From contig OZ024760.1 in NCBI GenBank assembly GCA_964016885.1, positions 35,092,001 to 35,156,000 of the forward strand: a DNA stretch of 64,000 nt, in the 5' to 3' direction. Source of the DNA: Eledone cirrhosa (lineage: Eukaryota). The notes beneath the pieces were generated by a model. The model was not told the origin of the DNA, ran no database searches, and saw only the letters and a list, made by a program, of their open reading frames with translations. The number at the start of each line of letters is the position of its first letter. The stretch's first letter is position 1. Of this stretch, positions 28,001 to 43,000 are shown piece after piece. The position numbers were made by a program, and so were the translations under genes.

Positions 28001-31000
28001 AAAGTTTAATGGGCTTCCACTGATGATTTATAAGCTCCCACCTAATTATATTCTTACATGAATGAATATTAGGCTTCTACATAAACTGGAAATATTCTCC
28101 GAATTTTTAGAAAACTTATAATGAAACAATTGTTTGGAAAGAGAGATATATTTTAACATTAATTATATCTCATAAAATAATACAACTGGCTTTTCCACAT
28201 AATACATATTGTTAGCACCCCAAACACTTAAATTGGGTTTATATTAAAATATAACCTAATTTTGTTGAGTGAGATGGTTACGAGTCAGAGATTAGCTTTA
28301 AACTATCTCTGTTATTGTATTAATATTTTACTATTGATTGGCCAGAGGTGTTTATTTCCAGGTACCTTATAAATTTGACTTTCCGTATTTATTACTGTTG
28401 TGCGATATTGTGGTTTTTATTGGTTGTAACTTCTCTGTTTTTTAGCCTAAGAAAATATATATATGCCTATATATATAATTACATGCATACATGTATTTTT
28501 TTTAATTAATTGAGTTCTTTACACGAGGAATTGATATTAGTTTTGAAATAACTAATTAACCCGCGTGTGTTTTATATTTTACTCTTAATTCGGCCGGAGA
28601 TTTACATTCCCATTTGCCCTTTAAAGCATAACTTTCCGTATTTATTACGGTTACGAGATGCGGTCTCTTATTCAGGTACAACCTCTGATTTTGCCTAAGA
28701 AAATATCGATATGCGTGTGTAATTTATACACGCATGTATTTATTTTTTTAATTTCAATTGAGTTCTTAACACGTTGGATTGATGATGTTTTCGAAAAAAC
28801 TGTTTAACCCGCGTGTATATAATTTTTTTTCCTCCTTTCGTGGATCGTGGTTGTCTCCCCTTCCCGCTTAGTGACGCTATAATACTTCCTCAGTCAAAAA
28901 CTGCTGGAATTTCAAATTTGCCGGTCACTCGATGCGGGAAGGAGCAACTTAACAGACACGATTTTTAACTACGGTAAGAAAATTTTTTTTCTTATATCAA
29001 AGTTTAATGGGCTTCCACTGATGATTTATAAACGCCCACCTAAATATATTCTTACATGAATGTATATTAGGCTTCTACATAAACTGGAAATATTCTCCGA
29101 ATTTGTAGAAAAATTATAATGAAACAATTGTTTGGAAAGAGAGATATATTTTAACTTTAATTATATCTCATAAAATAATACAACTGGCTTTTCCACATAA
29201 TACATATTGTTAGCACCCCAAACACTTAAATTGGGTTTATATTAAAATATAACCTAATTTTTGTTGAGTGAGATGGTTACCAGTCAGAGATTAGCTTTAA
29301 ACTATCTGTGTTATTGTATTAATATTTTACTCTTGATTGGCCAGAGGTGTTTATTTCCAGGTACCTTATAAATTTGACTTTCCGTATTTATTACTGTTGT
29401 GCGATATTGTGGTTTTTATTGGTTGTAACTTCTCTGTTTTTTAGCCTAAGAAAATATATATTTGCCTATATATATAATTACATGCATACATTTATTTTTT
29501 TTAATTAATTGAGTTCTTTACACGAGGAATTGATATTAGTTTTGAAATAACGAATTAACCCGCGTGTGTTTTATATTTTACTCTTAATTCGGCCGGAGAT
29601 TTACATTCCCATTTGCCCTTTAAAGCATAACTTTCCGTATTTACTACGGTTACGAGATGCGGTTTCTTATTCAAGTACAACCTCTGATTTAGCCTAACAA
29701 AATATCGATATGCGTGTGTAATTTATACACGCATATATTTATTTTTTAATTTCAATTGAGTTCTTAACACGGTGGATTGATAATGTTTTCGAAAAAACTG
29801 TTTAACCCGCGTGTATATTATTTTTTTTCCTCCTTTCGTGGATCGTGATTGTCTCCCCTTTCCGCTTAGTGACGCTATAATACTTCCTCAGTCAAAAACT
29901 GCTGGAATTTCAAATTTGCCGGTCACTCGATGCGGGAAGAGCAACTTAACAGACACGATTTTTAACTACGGTAAGAACATTTTTTTTTCTTATATCAAAG
30001 TTTAATGGGCTTCCACTGATGATTTATAATCCCCCACCTAAATATATTCTTACATGAATGTATATTAGGTTTCTACATAAACTGGAAATATTCTCCGAAT
30101 TTGTAGAAAACTTATAATGAAACAATTGTTTGTAAAGAGAGATATATTTTAACATTAATTATATCTCATAAAATAATACAACTGGCTTTTCCACATAATA
30201 CATATTGTTAGCACCCCAAACACTTAAATTGGGTTTATATTAAAATATAACCTAATTTTTGTTGAGTGAGATGGTTACCAGTCAGAGATTAGCTTTAAAC
30301 TATCTCTGTTATTGAATTAATATTTTACTCTTGATTGGCCAGAGGTGTTTATTTACAGGTACCTTATAAATTTGACTTTCCGTATTTATTACTGTTGTGC
30401 GATATTGTGGTTTTTATTGGTTGTAACTTCTCTGTTTTTTAGCATAAGAAAATATATATATGCCTATGTATATAATTACATGCGTACATTTATTTTTTTT
30501 AATTAATTGAGTTCTTTACACGAGGAATTGATATTAGTTTTGAAATAACGAATTAACCCGCGTGTGTTTTATATTTTACTCTTAATTCGGCCGGAGATTT
30601 ACATTCCCATTTGCCCTTTAAAGCATAACTTTCCGTATTTACTACGGTTACGAGATGCGGTTTCTTATTCAAGTACAACCTCTGATTTAGCCTAACAAAA
30701 TATCGATATGCGTGTGTAATTTATACACGCATATATTTATTTTTTAATTTCAATTGAGTTCTTAACACGGTGGATTGATAATGTTTTCGAAAAAACTGTT
30801 TAACCCGCGTGTATATTATTTTTTTTCCTCCTTTCGTGGATCCTGGTTGTATCCCCTTCCCGCTTAGTGACGCTAAAATACTTCCTCAGTAAAAAAAACT
30901 GCTGGAATTTCAAATTTGCCGGTCACTCGATGCAGGAGGAGCAACTTAAAAGACACGATTTTTAACTACGGTAAGAAAATTTTTTTTCTTATATCAAAGT

Positions 31001-34000
31001 TTAATGGGCTTCCACTGATGATTTATAAGCTCCCACCTAATTATATTCTTACATGAATGAATATTAGGCTTCTACATAAACTGGAAATATTCTCCGAATT
31101 TTTAGAAAACTTATAATGAAACAATTGTTTGGAAAGAGAGATATATTTTAACATTAATTATATCTCATAAAATAATACAACTGGCTTTTCCACATAATAC
31201 ATATTGTTAGCACCCCAAACACTTAAATTGGGTTTATATTAAAATATAACCTAATTTTGTTGAGTAAGATGGTTACGAGTCAGAGATTAGCTTTAAACTA
31301 TCTCTGTTATTGTATTAATATTTTACTATTGATTGGCCAGAGGTGTTTATTTCCAGGTACCTTATAAATTTGACTTTCCGTATTTATTACTGTTGTGCGA
31401 TATTGTGGTTTTTATTGGTTGTAACTTCTCTGTTTTTTAGCCTAAGAAAATATATATATGCCTATATATATAATTACATGCATACATGTATTTTTTTTAA
31501 TTAATTGAGTTCTTTACACGAGGAATTGATATTAGTTTTGAAATAACGAATTAACCCGCGTGTGTTTTATATTTTACTCTTAATTCGGCCGGAGATTTAC
31601 ATTCCCATTTGCCCTTTAAAGCATAACTTTCCGTATTTACTACGGTTACGAGATGCGGTTTCTTATTCAGGTACAACCTCTGATTTAGCCTAAGAAAATA
31701 TCTATATGCGTGTGTAATTTATACACGCATATATTTATTTTTTTAATTTCAATTGACTTCTTAACACGTTGGATTGATAATGTTTTCGAAAAAACTGTTT
31801 AACCCGCGTGTATATTATTTTTTTTCCTCCTTTCGTGGATCGTGGTTGTCTCCACTTCCCGCTTAGTGACGCTATAATACTTCCTCATCAAAAGCTGCTG
31901 GAATTTCAAATTTGCCGGTCACTCGATGCGGGAAGAGCAACTTAACAGACACGATTTTTAACTACGGTAAGAACATTTTTTTCTCTTATATCAAAGTTTA
32001 ATGGGCTTCCACTGGTGATTTATAATCGCCCACCTCAATATATTCTTACATGAATGTATATTAGGCTTCTACATAAACTGGAAATATTCTCCCAATTTGT
32101 AGAAAACTTATAATGAAACAATTGTTTGGAAAGAGAGATATATTTTAACTTTAATTATATCTCATAAAATAATACAACTGGCTTTTCCACATTATATATT
32201 GTTAGCAACCCCAAACACTTAAATTGGGTTTATATTAAAATATAACCTAATGTTTGTTGAGTGAGATGGTTACCATTCAGAGATTAGCTTTAAACTATCT
32301 GTGTTATTGTATTAATATTTTACTCTTGATTGGCCAGAGGTGTTTATTTCCAGGTACCTTATAAATTTGACTTTCCGTATTTATTACTGTTGTGCGATAT
32401 GGTGGTTTTTATAGGTTGTAACTTCTCTGTTTTTTAGGCTAAGAAAATATATATATATGCCTATGTATATAATTACATGCATACATTTATTTTTTTAAAA
32501 TTAATTGAGTTCTTTACACGAGGAATTGATATTAGTTTTGAAATAAATAATTAACCCACGTGTGTTTTATATTTTACTCTTAATTCGGCCGGAGATTTAC
32601 ATTCCCATTTGCCCTTTAAAGCATAACTTTCCGTATTTATTACGGTTACGAGATGCGGTCTCTTATTCAGGTACAACCTCTGATTTTGCCTCAGAAAATA
32701 TCTATATGCGTGTGTAATTTATACACGCATGTATTTATTTTTTTAATTTCAATTGAGTTCTTAACACGTTGGATTGATGATGTTTTCGAAAAAACTGTTT
32801 AACCCGCGTGTATATAATTTTTTTTCCTCCTTTCGTGGATCGTGGTTGTCTCCCCTTCCCGCTTAGTGACGCTATAATACTTCCTCAGTCAAAAACTGCT
32901 GGAATTTAAAATTTGCCGGTCACTCGATGCGGGAAGGAGCAACTTAACAGACACGATTTTTAACTACGGTAAGAAAATTTTTTTTCTTATATCAAAGTTT
33001 AATGGGCTTCCACTGATGATTTATAAACGCCCACCTAAATATATTCTTACATGAATGTATTTTAGGCTTCTACATAAACTGGAAATATTCTCCGAATTTG
33101 TAGAAAAATTATAATGAAACAATTGTTTGGAAAGAGAGATATATTTTAACTTTAATTATATCTCATAAAATAATACAACTGGCTTTTCCACATAATACAT
33201 ATTGTTAGCACCCCAAACACTTAAATTGGGTTTATATTAAAATATAACCTAATTTTTGTTGAGTGAGATGGTTACCAGTCAGAGATTAGCTTTAAACTAT
33301 CTGTGTTATTGTATTAATATTTTACTCTTGATTGGCCAGAGGTGTTTATTTCCAGGTACCTTATAAATTTGACTTTCCGTATTTATTACTGTTGTGCGAT
33401 ATGGTGGTTTTTATTGGTTGTAACTTCTCTGTTTTTTAGGCTAAGAAAATATATATATGCCTATGTATATAATTACATGCGTACATTTATTTTTTTTAAT
33501 TAATTGAGTTCTTTACACGAGGAATTGATATTAATTTTGAAATAACTAATTAACCCGCGTGTGTTTTATATTTTACTCTTAATTCGGCCAGAGATTTACA
33601 TTCCCATTTGCCCTTTAAAGCATAACTTTCCGTATTTACTACGGTTACGAGATGCGGTTTCTTATTCAGGTACAACCTCTGATTTAGCCTAAGAAAATAT
33701 CTATATGCGTGTGTAATTTATAGACGCATATATTTATTTTTTTAATTTCAATTGAGTTCTTAACACGGTGGATTGATAATGTTTTCGAAAAAACTGTTTA
33801 ACCCGCGTGTATATTATTTTTTTTCCTCCTTTCCTGGATCCTGGTTGTATCCCCTTCCCGCTTAGTGACGCTAAAATACTTCCTCAGTAAAAAAACTGCT
33901 AGAATTTCAAATTTGCCGGTCACTCGATGCAGGAGGAGCAACTTAAAAGACACGATTTTTAACTACGGTAAGAAAATTTTTTTTCTCATATCAAAGTTTA

Positions 34001-37000
34001 ATGGGCTTCCACTGATGATTTATAAGCTCCCACCTAATTATATTCTTACATGAATGAATATTAGGCTTCTACATAAACTGGAAATATTCTCCGAATTTTT
34101 AGAAAACTTATAATGAAACAATTGTTTGGAAAGAGAGATATATTTTAACATTAATTATATCTCATAAAATAATACAACTGGCTTTTCCACATAATACATA
34201 TTGTTAGCACCCCAAACACTTAAATTGGGTTTATATTAAAATATTACCTAATTTTGTTGAGTGAGATGGTTACGAGTCAGAGATTAGCTTTAAACTATCT
34301 CTGTTATTGTATTAATATTTTACTATTGATTGGCCAGAGGTGTTTATTTCCAGGTACCTTATAAATTTGACTTTCCGTATTTATTACTGTTGTGCGATAT
34401 TGTGGTTTTTATTGGTTGTAACTTCTCTGTTTTTTAGCCTAAGAAAATATATATATGCCTATATATATAATTACATGCATACATGTATTTTTTTTAATTA
34501 ATTGAGTTCTTTACACGAGCAATTGATATTAGTTTTGAAATAACGAATTAACCCGCGTGTGTTTTATATTTTACTCTTAATTCGGCCGGAGATTTACATT
34601 CCCATTTGCCCTTTAAAGCATAACTTTCCGTATTTACTACGGTTACGAGATGCGGTTTCTTATTCAGGTACAACCTCTGATTTAGACTAAGAAAATATCG
34701 ATATGCGTGTGTAATTTATACACGCATATATTTTTTTAATTTCAATTGAGTTCTTAACACGTTGGATTGATAATGTTTTCGAAAAAACTGTTTAACCCGC
34801 ATGTATATTATTTTTTTTTCCTCCTTTCGTGGATCGTGGTTGTCTCCCTTTCCCGCTTAGTGACGCTATAATACTTCCTCAGTCAAAAACTGCTGGAATT
34901 TCAAATTTGCCGGGAAGGAGCAACTTAACAGACACGATTTTTAACTACGGTAAGAAACATTTTTTTTCTCATATCAAAGTTTAATGGGCTTCCACTGATG
35001 ATTTATAAACGCCCACCTAAATATATTCTTACATGAATGTATATTAGGCTTCTACATAAACTGGAAATATTCTCCGAATTTGTAGAAAACTTATAATGAA
35101 ACAATTGTTTGCAAAGAGAGATATATTTTAACTTTAATTATATCTCATAAAATAATACAACTGGCTTTTCCACATAATACATATTGTTAGCACCCAAACA
35201 CTTAAATTGGGTTTATATTAAAATATAACCTAATGTTTGTTGAGTGAGATGGTTACCAGTCAGAGATTAGCTTTAAACTATCTCTGTTATTGTATTAATA
35301 TTTTACTCTTGATTGGCCAGAGGTGTTTATTTCCAGGTACCTTATAAATTTGACTTTCCGTATTTATTACTGTTGTGCGATATTGTGGTTTTTATTGGTT
35401 GTAACTTCTCTGTTTTTTAGCATGAGAAAATATATATATGCCTATGTATATAATTACATGCATACATTTATTTTTTTTAATTAATTGAGTTCTTTACACG
35501 AGGAATTGATATTAGTTTTGAAATAACTAATTAACCCGCGTGTGTTTTATATTTGACTCTTAATTCGGCCGGAGATTTACATTCCCATTTGCCCTTTAAA
35601 GCATAACTTTCCGTATTTACTACGGTTACGAGATGCGGTTTCTTATTCAGGAACAACCTCTGATTTAGACTAAGAAAATATCGATATGCGTGTGTAATTT
35701 ATACACGCATATATTTTTTTTATTTCAATTGAGTTCTTAACACGTTGGATTGATAATGTTTTCGAAAAAACTGTTTAACCCGCGTGTATATTATTTTTTT
35801 CCTCCTTTCGTGGATCGTGGTTGTCTCCCCTTCCCGCTTAGTAACGCTATAATACTTCCTCAGTAAAAAACTGCTGGAATTTCAAATTTGCCGGTCACTC
35901 GATGCGGGAAGTAGCAACTTAACAGACACGATTTTTAACTACGGTAAGAAAATTTTTTTTTCTCATATCAAATTTTAATGGGCTTCCACTGATGATTTAT
36001 AAGCACCCACCTAAATATATTCTTACATGAATGTATATTAGGCTTCTACATAAACTGGAAATATTCTCCGAATTTTTAGAAAATTATAATGAAACAATTG
36101 TTTGGAAAGAGAGATATATTTTAACTTTAATTATATCTCATAAAATAATACAACTGGCTTTTCCACATAATACATATTGTTAGCACCCCAAACACTTAAA
36201 TTGGGTTTATATTAAAATATAACCTAATGTTTGTTGAGTAAGATGGTTACGAGTCAGAGATTAGCTTTAAACTATCTCTGTTATTGTATTAATATTTTAC
36301 TATTGATTGGCCAGAGGTGTTTATTTCCAGGTACCTTATAAATTTGACTTTCCGTATTTATTACTGTTGTGCGATATTGTGGTTTTTATTGGTTGTAACT
36401 TCTCTGTTTTTTAGCCTAAGAAAATATATATATGCCTATATATATAATTACATGCATACATGTATTTTTTTTAATTAATTGAGTTCTTTACACGAGGAAT
36501 TGATATTAGTTTTGAAATAACGAATTAACCCGCGTGTGTTTTATATTTTCCTCTTAATTCGGCCGGAGATTTACATTCCCATTTGCCCTTTAAAGCATAA
36601 CTTTCCGTATTTACTACGGTTACGAGATGCGGTTTCTTATTCAGGTACAGCCTCTGATTTAGCCTAAGAAAATATCTATATGCGTGTGTAATTTATACAC
36701 GCATATATTTATTTTTTTAATTTCAATTGACTTCTTAACACGTTGGATTGATAATGTTTTCGAAAAAACTGTTTAACCCGCGTGTATATTATTTTTTTTC
36801 CTCCTTTCGTGGATCGTGGTTGTCTCCACTTCCCGCTTAGTGACGCTATAATACTTCCTCATCAAAAGCTGCTGGAATTTCAAATTTGCCGGTCACTCGA
36901 TGCGGGAAGAGCAACTTAACAGACACGATTTTTAACTACGGTAAGAACATTTTTTTCTCTTATATCAAAGTTTAATGGGCTTCCACTGGTGATTTATAAT

Positions 37001-40000
37001 CGCCCACCTCAATATATTCTTACATGAATGTATATTAGGCTTCTACATAAACTGGAAATATTCTCCCAATTTGTAGAAAACTTATAATGAAACAATTGTT
37101 TGGAAAGAGAGATATATTTTAACTTTAATTATATCTCATAAAATAATACAACTGGCTTTTCCACATTATATATTGTTAGCACCCCAAACACTTAAATTGG
37201 GTTTATATTAAAATATAACCTAATGTTTGTTGAGTGAGATGGTTACCAGTCAGAGATTAGCTTTAAACTATCTCTGTTATTGTATTAATATTTTACTCTT
37301 GATTGGCCAGAGGTGTTTATTTCCAGGTACCTTATAAATTTGACTTCCCGTATTTATTACTGTTGTGCGATATTGTGGTTTTTATTGGTTGTAACTTCTC
37401 AGTTTTTTAGCCTAAGAAAATAGATATATATGCCTATGTATATAATTACATGCATACATTTATTTTTTAAAATTAATTGAGTTCTTTACGCGAGGAATTG
37501 ATATTAGTTTTGAAATAACTAATTAACCCGCGTGTGTTTTATATTTTACTCTTAATTCGGCCGGAGATTTACATTCCCATTTGCCCTTTAAAGCATAACT
37601 TTCCGTATTTATTACGGTTACAAGATGCGGTTTCTTATTCAGGTACAACCTCTGATTTAGCCTAACAAAATATCTATATGCGTGTGTAATTTATATACGC
37701 ATGTATTTATTTTTTAATTTCAATTGAGTTCTTAACACGTTGGATTGATAATGTTTTCGAAAAAACTGTTTAACCCGCGTGTATATAATTTTTTTTCCTC
37801 CTTTCGTGGATCGTGGTTGTCTCCCCTTCCCGCTTAGTGACGCTATAATACTTCCTCAGTCAAAAACTGCTGGAATTTCAAATTTGCCGGTCACTCGATG
37901 CGGGAAGGAGCAACTTAACAGACACGATTTTTAACTACGGTAAGAAAATTTTCTTTCTTATATCAAAGTTTAATGGGCTTCCACTGATGATTTATAAACG
38001 CCCACCTAAATATATTCTTACATGAATGTATATTAGGCTTCTACATAAACTGGAAATATTCTCCGAATTTGTAGAAAAATTATAATGAAACAATTGTTTG
38101 GAAAGAGAGATATATTTTAACTTTAATTATATCTCATAAAATAATACAACTGGCTTTTCCACATAATACATATTGTTAACACCCCAAACACTTAAATTGG
38201 GTTTATATTAAAATATAACCTAATTTTTGTTGAGTGAGATGGTTACCATTCAGAGATTAGCTTTAAATTATCTGTGTTATTGTATTAATATTTTACTCTT
38301 GATTGGCCAGAGGTGTTTATTTCCAGGTACCTTATAAATTTGACTTTCCGTATTTATTACTGTTGTGCGATATGGTGGTTTTTATTGGTTGTAACTTCTC
38401 TGTTTTTTAGGCTAAGAAAATATATATATATGCCTATGTATATAATTACATGCATACATTTATTTTTTTAAAATTAATTGAGTTCTTTACACGAGTAATT
38501 GATATTAGTTTTGAAATAAATAATTAACCCACGTGTGTTTTATATTTTACTCTTAATTCGGCCGGAGATTTACATTCCCATTTGCCCTTTAAAGCATAAC
38601 TTTCCGTATTTATTACGGTTACGAGATGCGGTCTCTTATTCAGGTACAACCTCTGATTTTGCCTAAGAAAATATCTATATGCGTGTGTAATTTATACACG
38701 CATGTATTTATTTTTTTAATTTCAATTGAGTTCTTAACACGTTGGATTGATGATGTTTTCGAAAAAACTGTTTAACCCGCGTGTATATAATTTTTTTTCC
38801 TCCTTTCGTGGATCGTGGTTGTCTCCCCTTCCCGCTTAGTGACGCTATAATACTTCCTCAGTCAAAAACTGCTGGAATTTCAAATTTGCCGGTCACTCGA
38901 TGCGGGAAGGAGCAACTTAACAGACACGATTTTTAACTACGGTAAGAAAATTTTTTTTCTTATATCAAAGTTTAATGGGCTTCCACTGATGATTTATAAA
39001 CGCCCACCTAAATATATTCTTACATGAATGTATTTTAGGCTTCTACATAAACTGGAAATATTCTCCGAATTTGTAGAAAAATTATAATGAAACAATTGTT
39101 TGGAAAGAGAGATATATTTTAACATTAATTATATCTCATAAAATAATACAACTGGCTTTTCCACATAATACATATTGTTAGCACCCCAAACACTTAAATT
39201 GGGTTTATATTAAAATATAACCTAATTTTTGTTGAGTGAGATGGTTACCAGTCAGAGATTAGCTTTAAACTATCTGTGTTATTGTATTAATATTTTACTC
39301 TTGATTGGCCAGAGGTGTTTATTTCCAGGTACCTTATAAATTTGACTTTCCGTATTTATTACTGTTGTGCGATATGGTGGTTTTTATTGGTTGTAACTTC
39401 TCTGTTTTTTAGGCTAAGAAAATATATATATGCCTATGTATATAATTACATGCGTACATTTATTTTTTTTAATTAATTGAGTTCTTTACACGAGGAATTG
39501 ATATTAATTTTGAAATAACTAATTAACCCGCGTGTGTTTTATATTTTACTCTTAATTCGGCCAGAGATTTACATTCCCATTTGCCCTTTAAAGCATAACT
39601 TTCCGTATTTACTACGGTTACGAGATGCGGTTTCTTATTCAGGTACAACCTCTGATTTAGCCTAAGAAAATATCTATATGCGTGTGTAATTTATAGACGC
39701 ATATATTTATTTTTTTAATTTCAATTGAGTTCTTAACACGGTGGATTGATAATGTTTTCGAAAAAACTGTTTAACCCGCGTGTATATTATTTTTTTTCCT
39801 CCTTTCCTGGATCCTGGTTGTATCCCCTTCCCGCTTAGTGACGCTAAAATACTTCCTCAGTAAAAAAACTGCTGGAATTTCAAATTTGCCGGTCACTCGA
39901 TGCAGGAGGAGCAACTTAAAAGACACGATTTTTAACTACGGTAAGAAAATTTTTTTTCTCATATCAAAGTTTAATGGGCTTCCACTGATGATTTATAAGC

Positions 40001-43000
40001 TCCCACCTAATTATATTCTTACATGAATGAATATTAGGCTTCTACATAAACTGGAAATATTCTCCGAATTTTTAGAAAACTTATAATGAAATAATTGTTT
40101 GGAAAGAGAGATATATTTTAACATTAATTATATCTCATAAAATAATACAACTGGCTTTTCCACATAATACATATTGTTAGCACCCCAAACACTTAAATTG
40201 GGTTTATATTAAAATATTACCTAATTTTGTTGAGTGAGATGGTTACGAGTCAGAGATTAGCTTTAAACTATCTCTGTTATTGTATTAATATTTTACTATT
40301 GATTGGCCAGAGGTGTTTATTTCCAGGTACCTTATAAATTTGACTTTCCGTATTTATTACTGTTGTGCGATATTGTGGTTTTTATTGGTTGTAACTTCTC
40401 TGTTTTTTAGCCTAAGAAAATATATATATGCCTATATATATAATTACATGCATACATGTATTTTTTTTAATTAATTGAGTTCTTTACACGAGCAATTGAT
40501 ATTAGTTTTGAAATAACGAATTAACCCGCGTGTGTTTTATATTTTACTCTTAATTCGGCCGGAGATTTACATTCCCATTTGCCCTTTAAAGCATAACTTT
40601 CCGTATTTACTACGGTTACGAGATGCGGTTTCTTATTCAGGTACAACCTCTGATTTAGACTAAGAAAATATCGATATGCGTGTGTAATTTATACTCGCAT
40701 ATATTTTTTTAATTTCAATTGAGTTCTTAACACGTTGGATTGATAATGTTTTCGAAAAAACTGTTTAACCCGCATGTATATTATTTTTTTTTCCTCCTTT
40801 CGTGGATCGTGGTTGTCTCCCCTTCCCGCTTAGTGACGCTATAATACTTCCTCAGTCAAAAACTGCTGGAATTTCAAATTTGCCGGGAAGGAGCAACTTA
40901 ACAGACACGATTTTTAACTACGGTAAGAAACATTTTTTTTCTCATATCAAAGTTTAATGGGCTTCCACTGATGATTTATAAACGCCCACCTAAATATATT
41001 CTTACATGAATGTATATTAGGCTTCTACATAAACTGGAAATATTCTCCGAATTTGTAGAAAACTTATAATGAAACAATTGTTTGCAAAGAGAGATATATT
41101 TTAACTTTAATTATATCTCATAAAATAATACAACTGGCTTTTCCACATAATACATATTGTTAGCACCCAAACACTTAAATTGGGTTTATATTAAAATATA
41201 ACCTAATGTTTGTTGAGTGAGATGGTTACCAGTCAGAGATTAGCTTTAAACTATCTCTGTTATTGTATTAATATTTTACTCTTGATTGGCCAGAGGTGTT
41301 TATTTCCAGGTACCTTATAAATTTGACTTTCCGTATTTATTACTGTTGTGCGATATTGTGGTTTTTATTGGTTGTAACTTCTCTGTTTTTTAGCATAAGA
41401 AAATATATATATGCCTATGTATATAATTACATGCATACATTTATTTTTTTTAATTAATTGAGTTCTTTACACGAGGAATTGATATTAGTTTTGAAATAAC
41501 TAATTAACCCGCGTGTGTTTTATATTTGACTCTTAATTCGGCCGGAGATTTACATTCCCATTTGCCCTTTAAAGCATAACTTTCCGTATTTACTACGGTT
41601 ACGAGATGCGGTTTCTTATTCAGGAACAACCTCTGATTTAGACTAAGAAAATATCGATATGCGTGTGTAATTTATACACGCATATATTTTTTTAATTTCA
41701 ATTGAGTTCTTAACACGTTGGATTGATAATGTTTTCGAAAAAACTGTTTAACCCGCGTGTATATTATTTTTTTCCTCCTTTCGTGGATCGTGGTTGTCTC
41801 CCCTTCCCGCTTAGTAACGCTATAATACTTCCTCAGTAAAAAACTGCTGGAATTTCAAATTTGCCGGTCACTCGATGCGGGAAGTAGCAACTTAACAGAC
41901 ACGATTTTTAACTACGGTAAGAAAATTTTTTTTTCTCATATCAAATTTTAATGGGCTTCCACTGATGATTTATAAGCACCCACCTAAATATATTCTTACA
42001 TGAATGTATATTAGGCTTCTACATAAACTGGAAATATTCTCCGAATTTTTAGAAAATTATAATGAAACAATTGTTTGGAAAGAGAGATATATTTTAACTT
42101 TAATTATATCTCATAAAATAATAGCACTGGCTTTTCCACAAAATACATATTGTTAGCACCCCAAACACTTAAATTGGGTTTATATTAAAATATAACGTAA
42201 TGTTTGTTGAGTGAGATGGTTACCAGTAAGAGATTAGCTTTAAACTATCTCAGTTATTGTATTAATATTTTACTCTTGGAATTGTTATTTTACTCGAGGA
42301 ATTGATATTAGTTTTGAAATAACTAATTAACCCGCGTGTGTTTTATATTTTACTCTTAATTCGCCCGGAGATTTACATTCCCATTTGTACTTCAAAGCAT
42401 AACTATCCGTATTTACTACGGTTATGAGATGCGGTTTCTTATTCAAGTAAAACATTTAGCCTAAGAAAATATCTATATGCGTGTGTAATTTATACACGCA
42501 TATATTTATTTTTTTAATTTCAATTGACTTATTAACACGTTGGATTGATGTTTTTGAAAAAACTGTTTAACCCGCGTGTATATTATTTTTTTTCCTCCTT
42601 TCCTGGATCGTGGTTGTCTCCCCTTCCCGCTTAGTGACGCTAAAATACTTCCTCAGTCAAAAACTGCTGGAATTTCAAATTTGCCGGTCACTCGATGCGG
42701 GAAATAGCAACTTAACAGACACGATTTTTAACTACGGTAAGAAATTTTTTTTTCTTATATCAAAGTTTAATAGGCTTCCACTGATGATTTATAAGCGCCC
42801 ACCTAAATATATTCTTACATGAATGTATATTAGGCTTCTACATAAACTGGAAATATTCTCCGAATTTGTAGAAAACTTATAATGAAACAATTGTTTGGAA
42901 AGAGAGATATATTTTAACTTTAATTATATCTCATAAAATAATACAACTGGCTTTTCCACATAATACATATTGTTAGCACCCAAACACTTAAATTGGGTAT

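Noticed and set aside
2865-42822. Recurrent 62-86 aa ORF (MIMFSK..FFPPFVDRGCLPFP..) in Sat-1k
   Set aside because: It is open in only some monomers, is frameshifted freely by T-run length changes, often lacks a true ATG start and resembles no domain I recognise.
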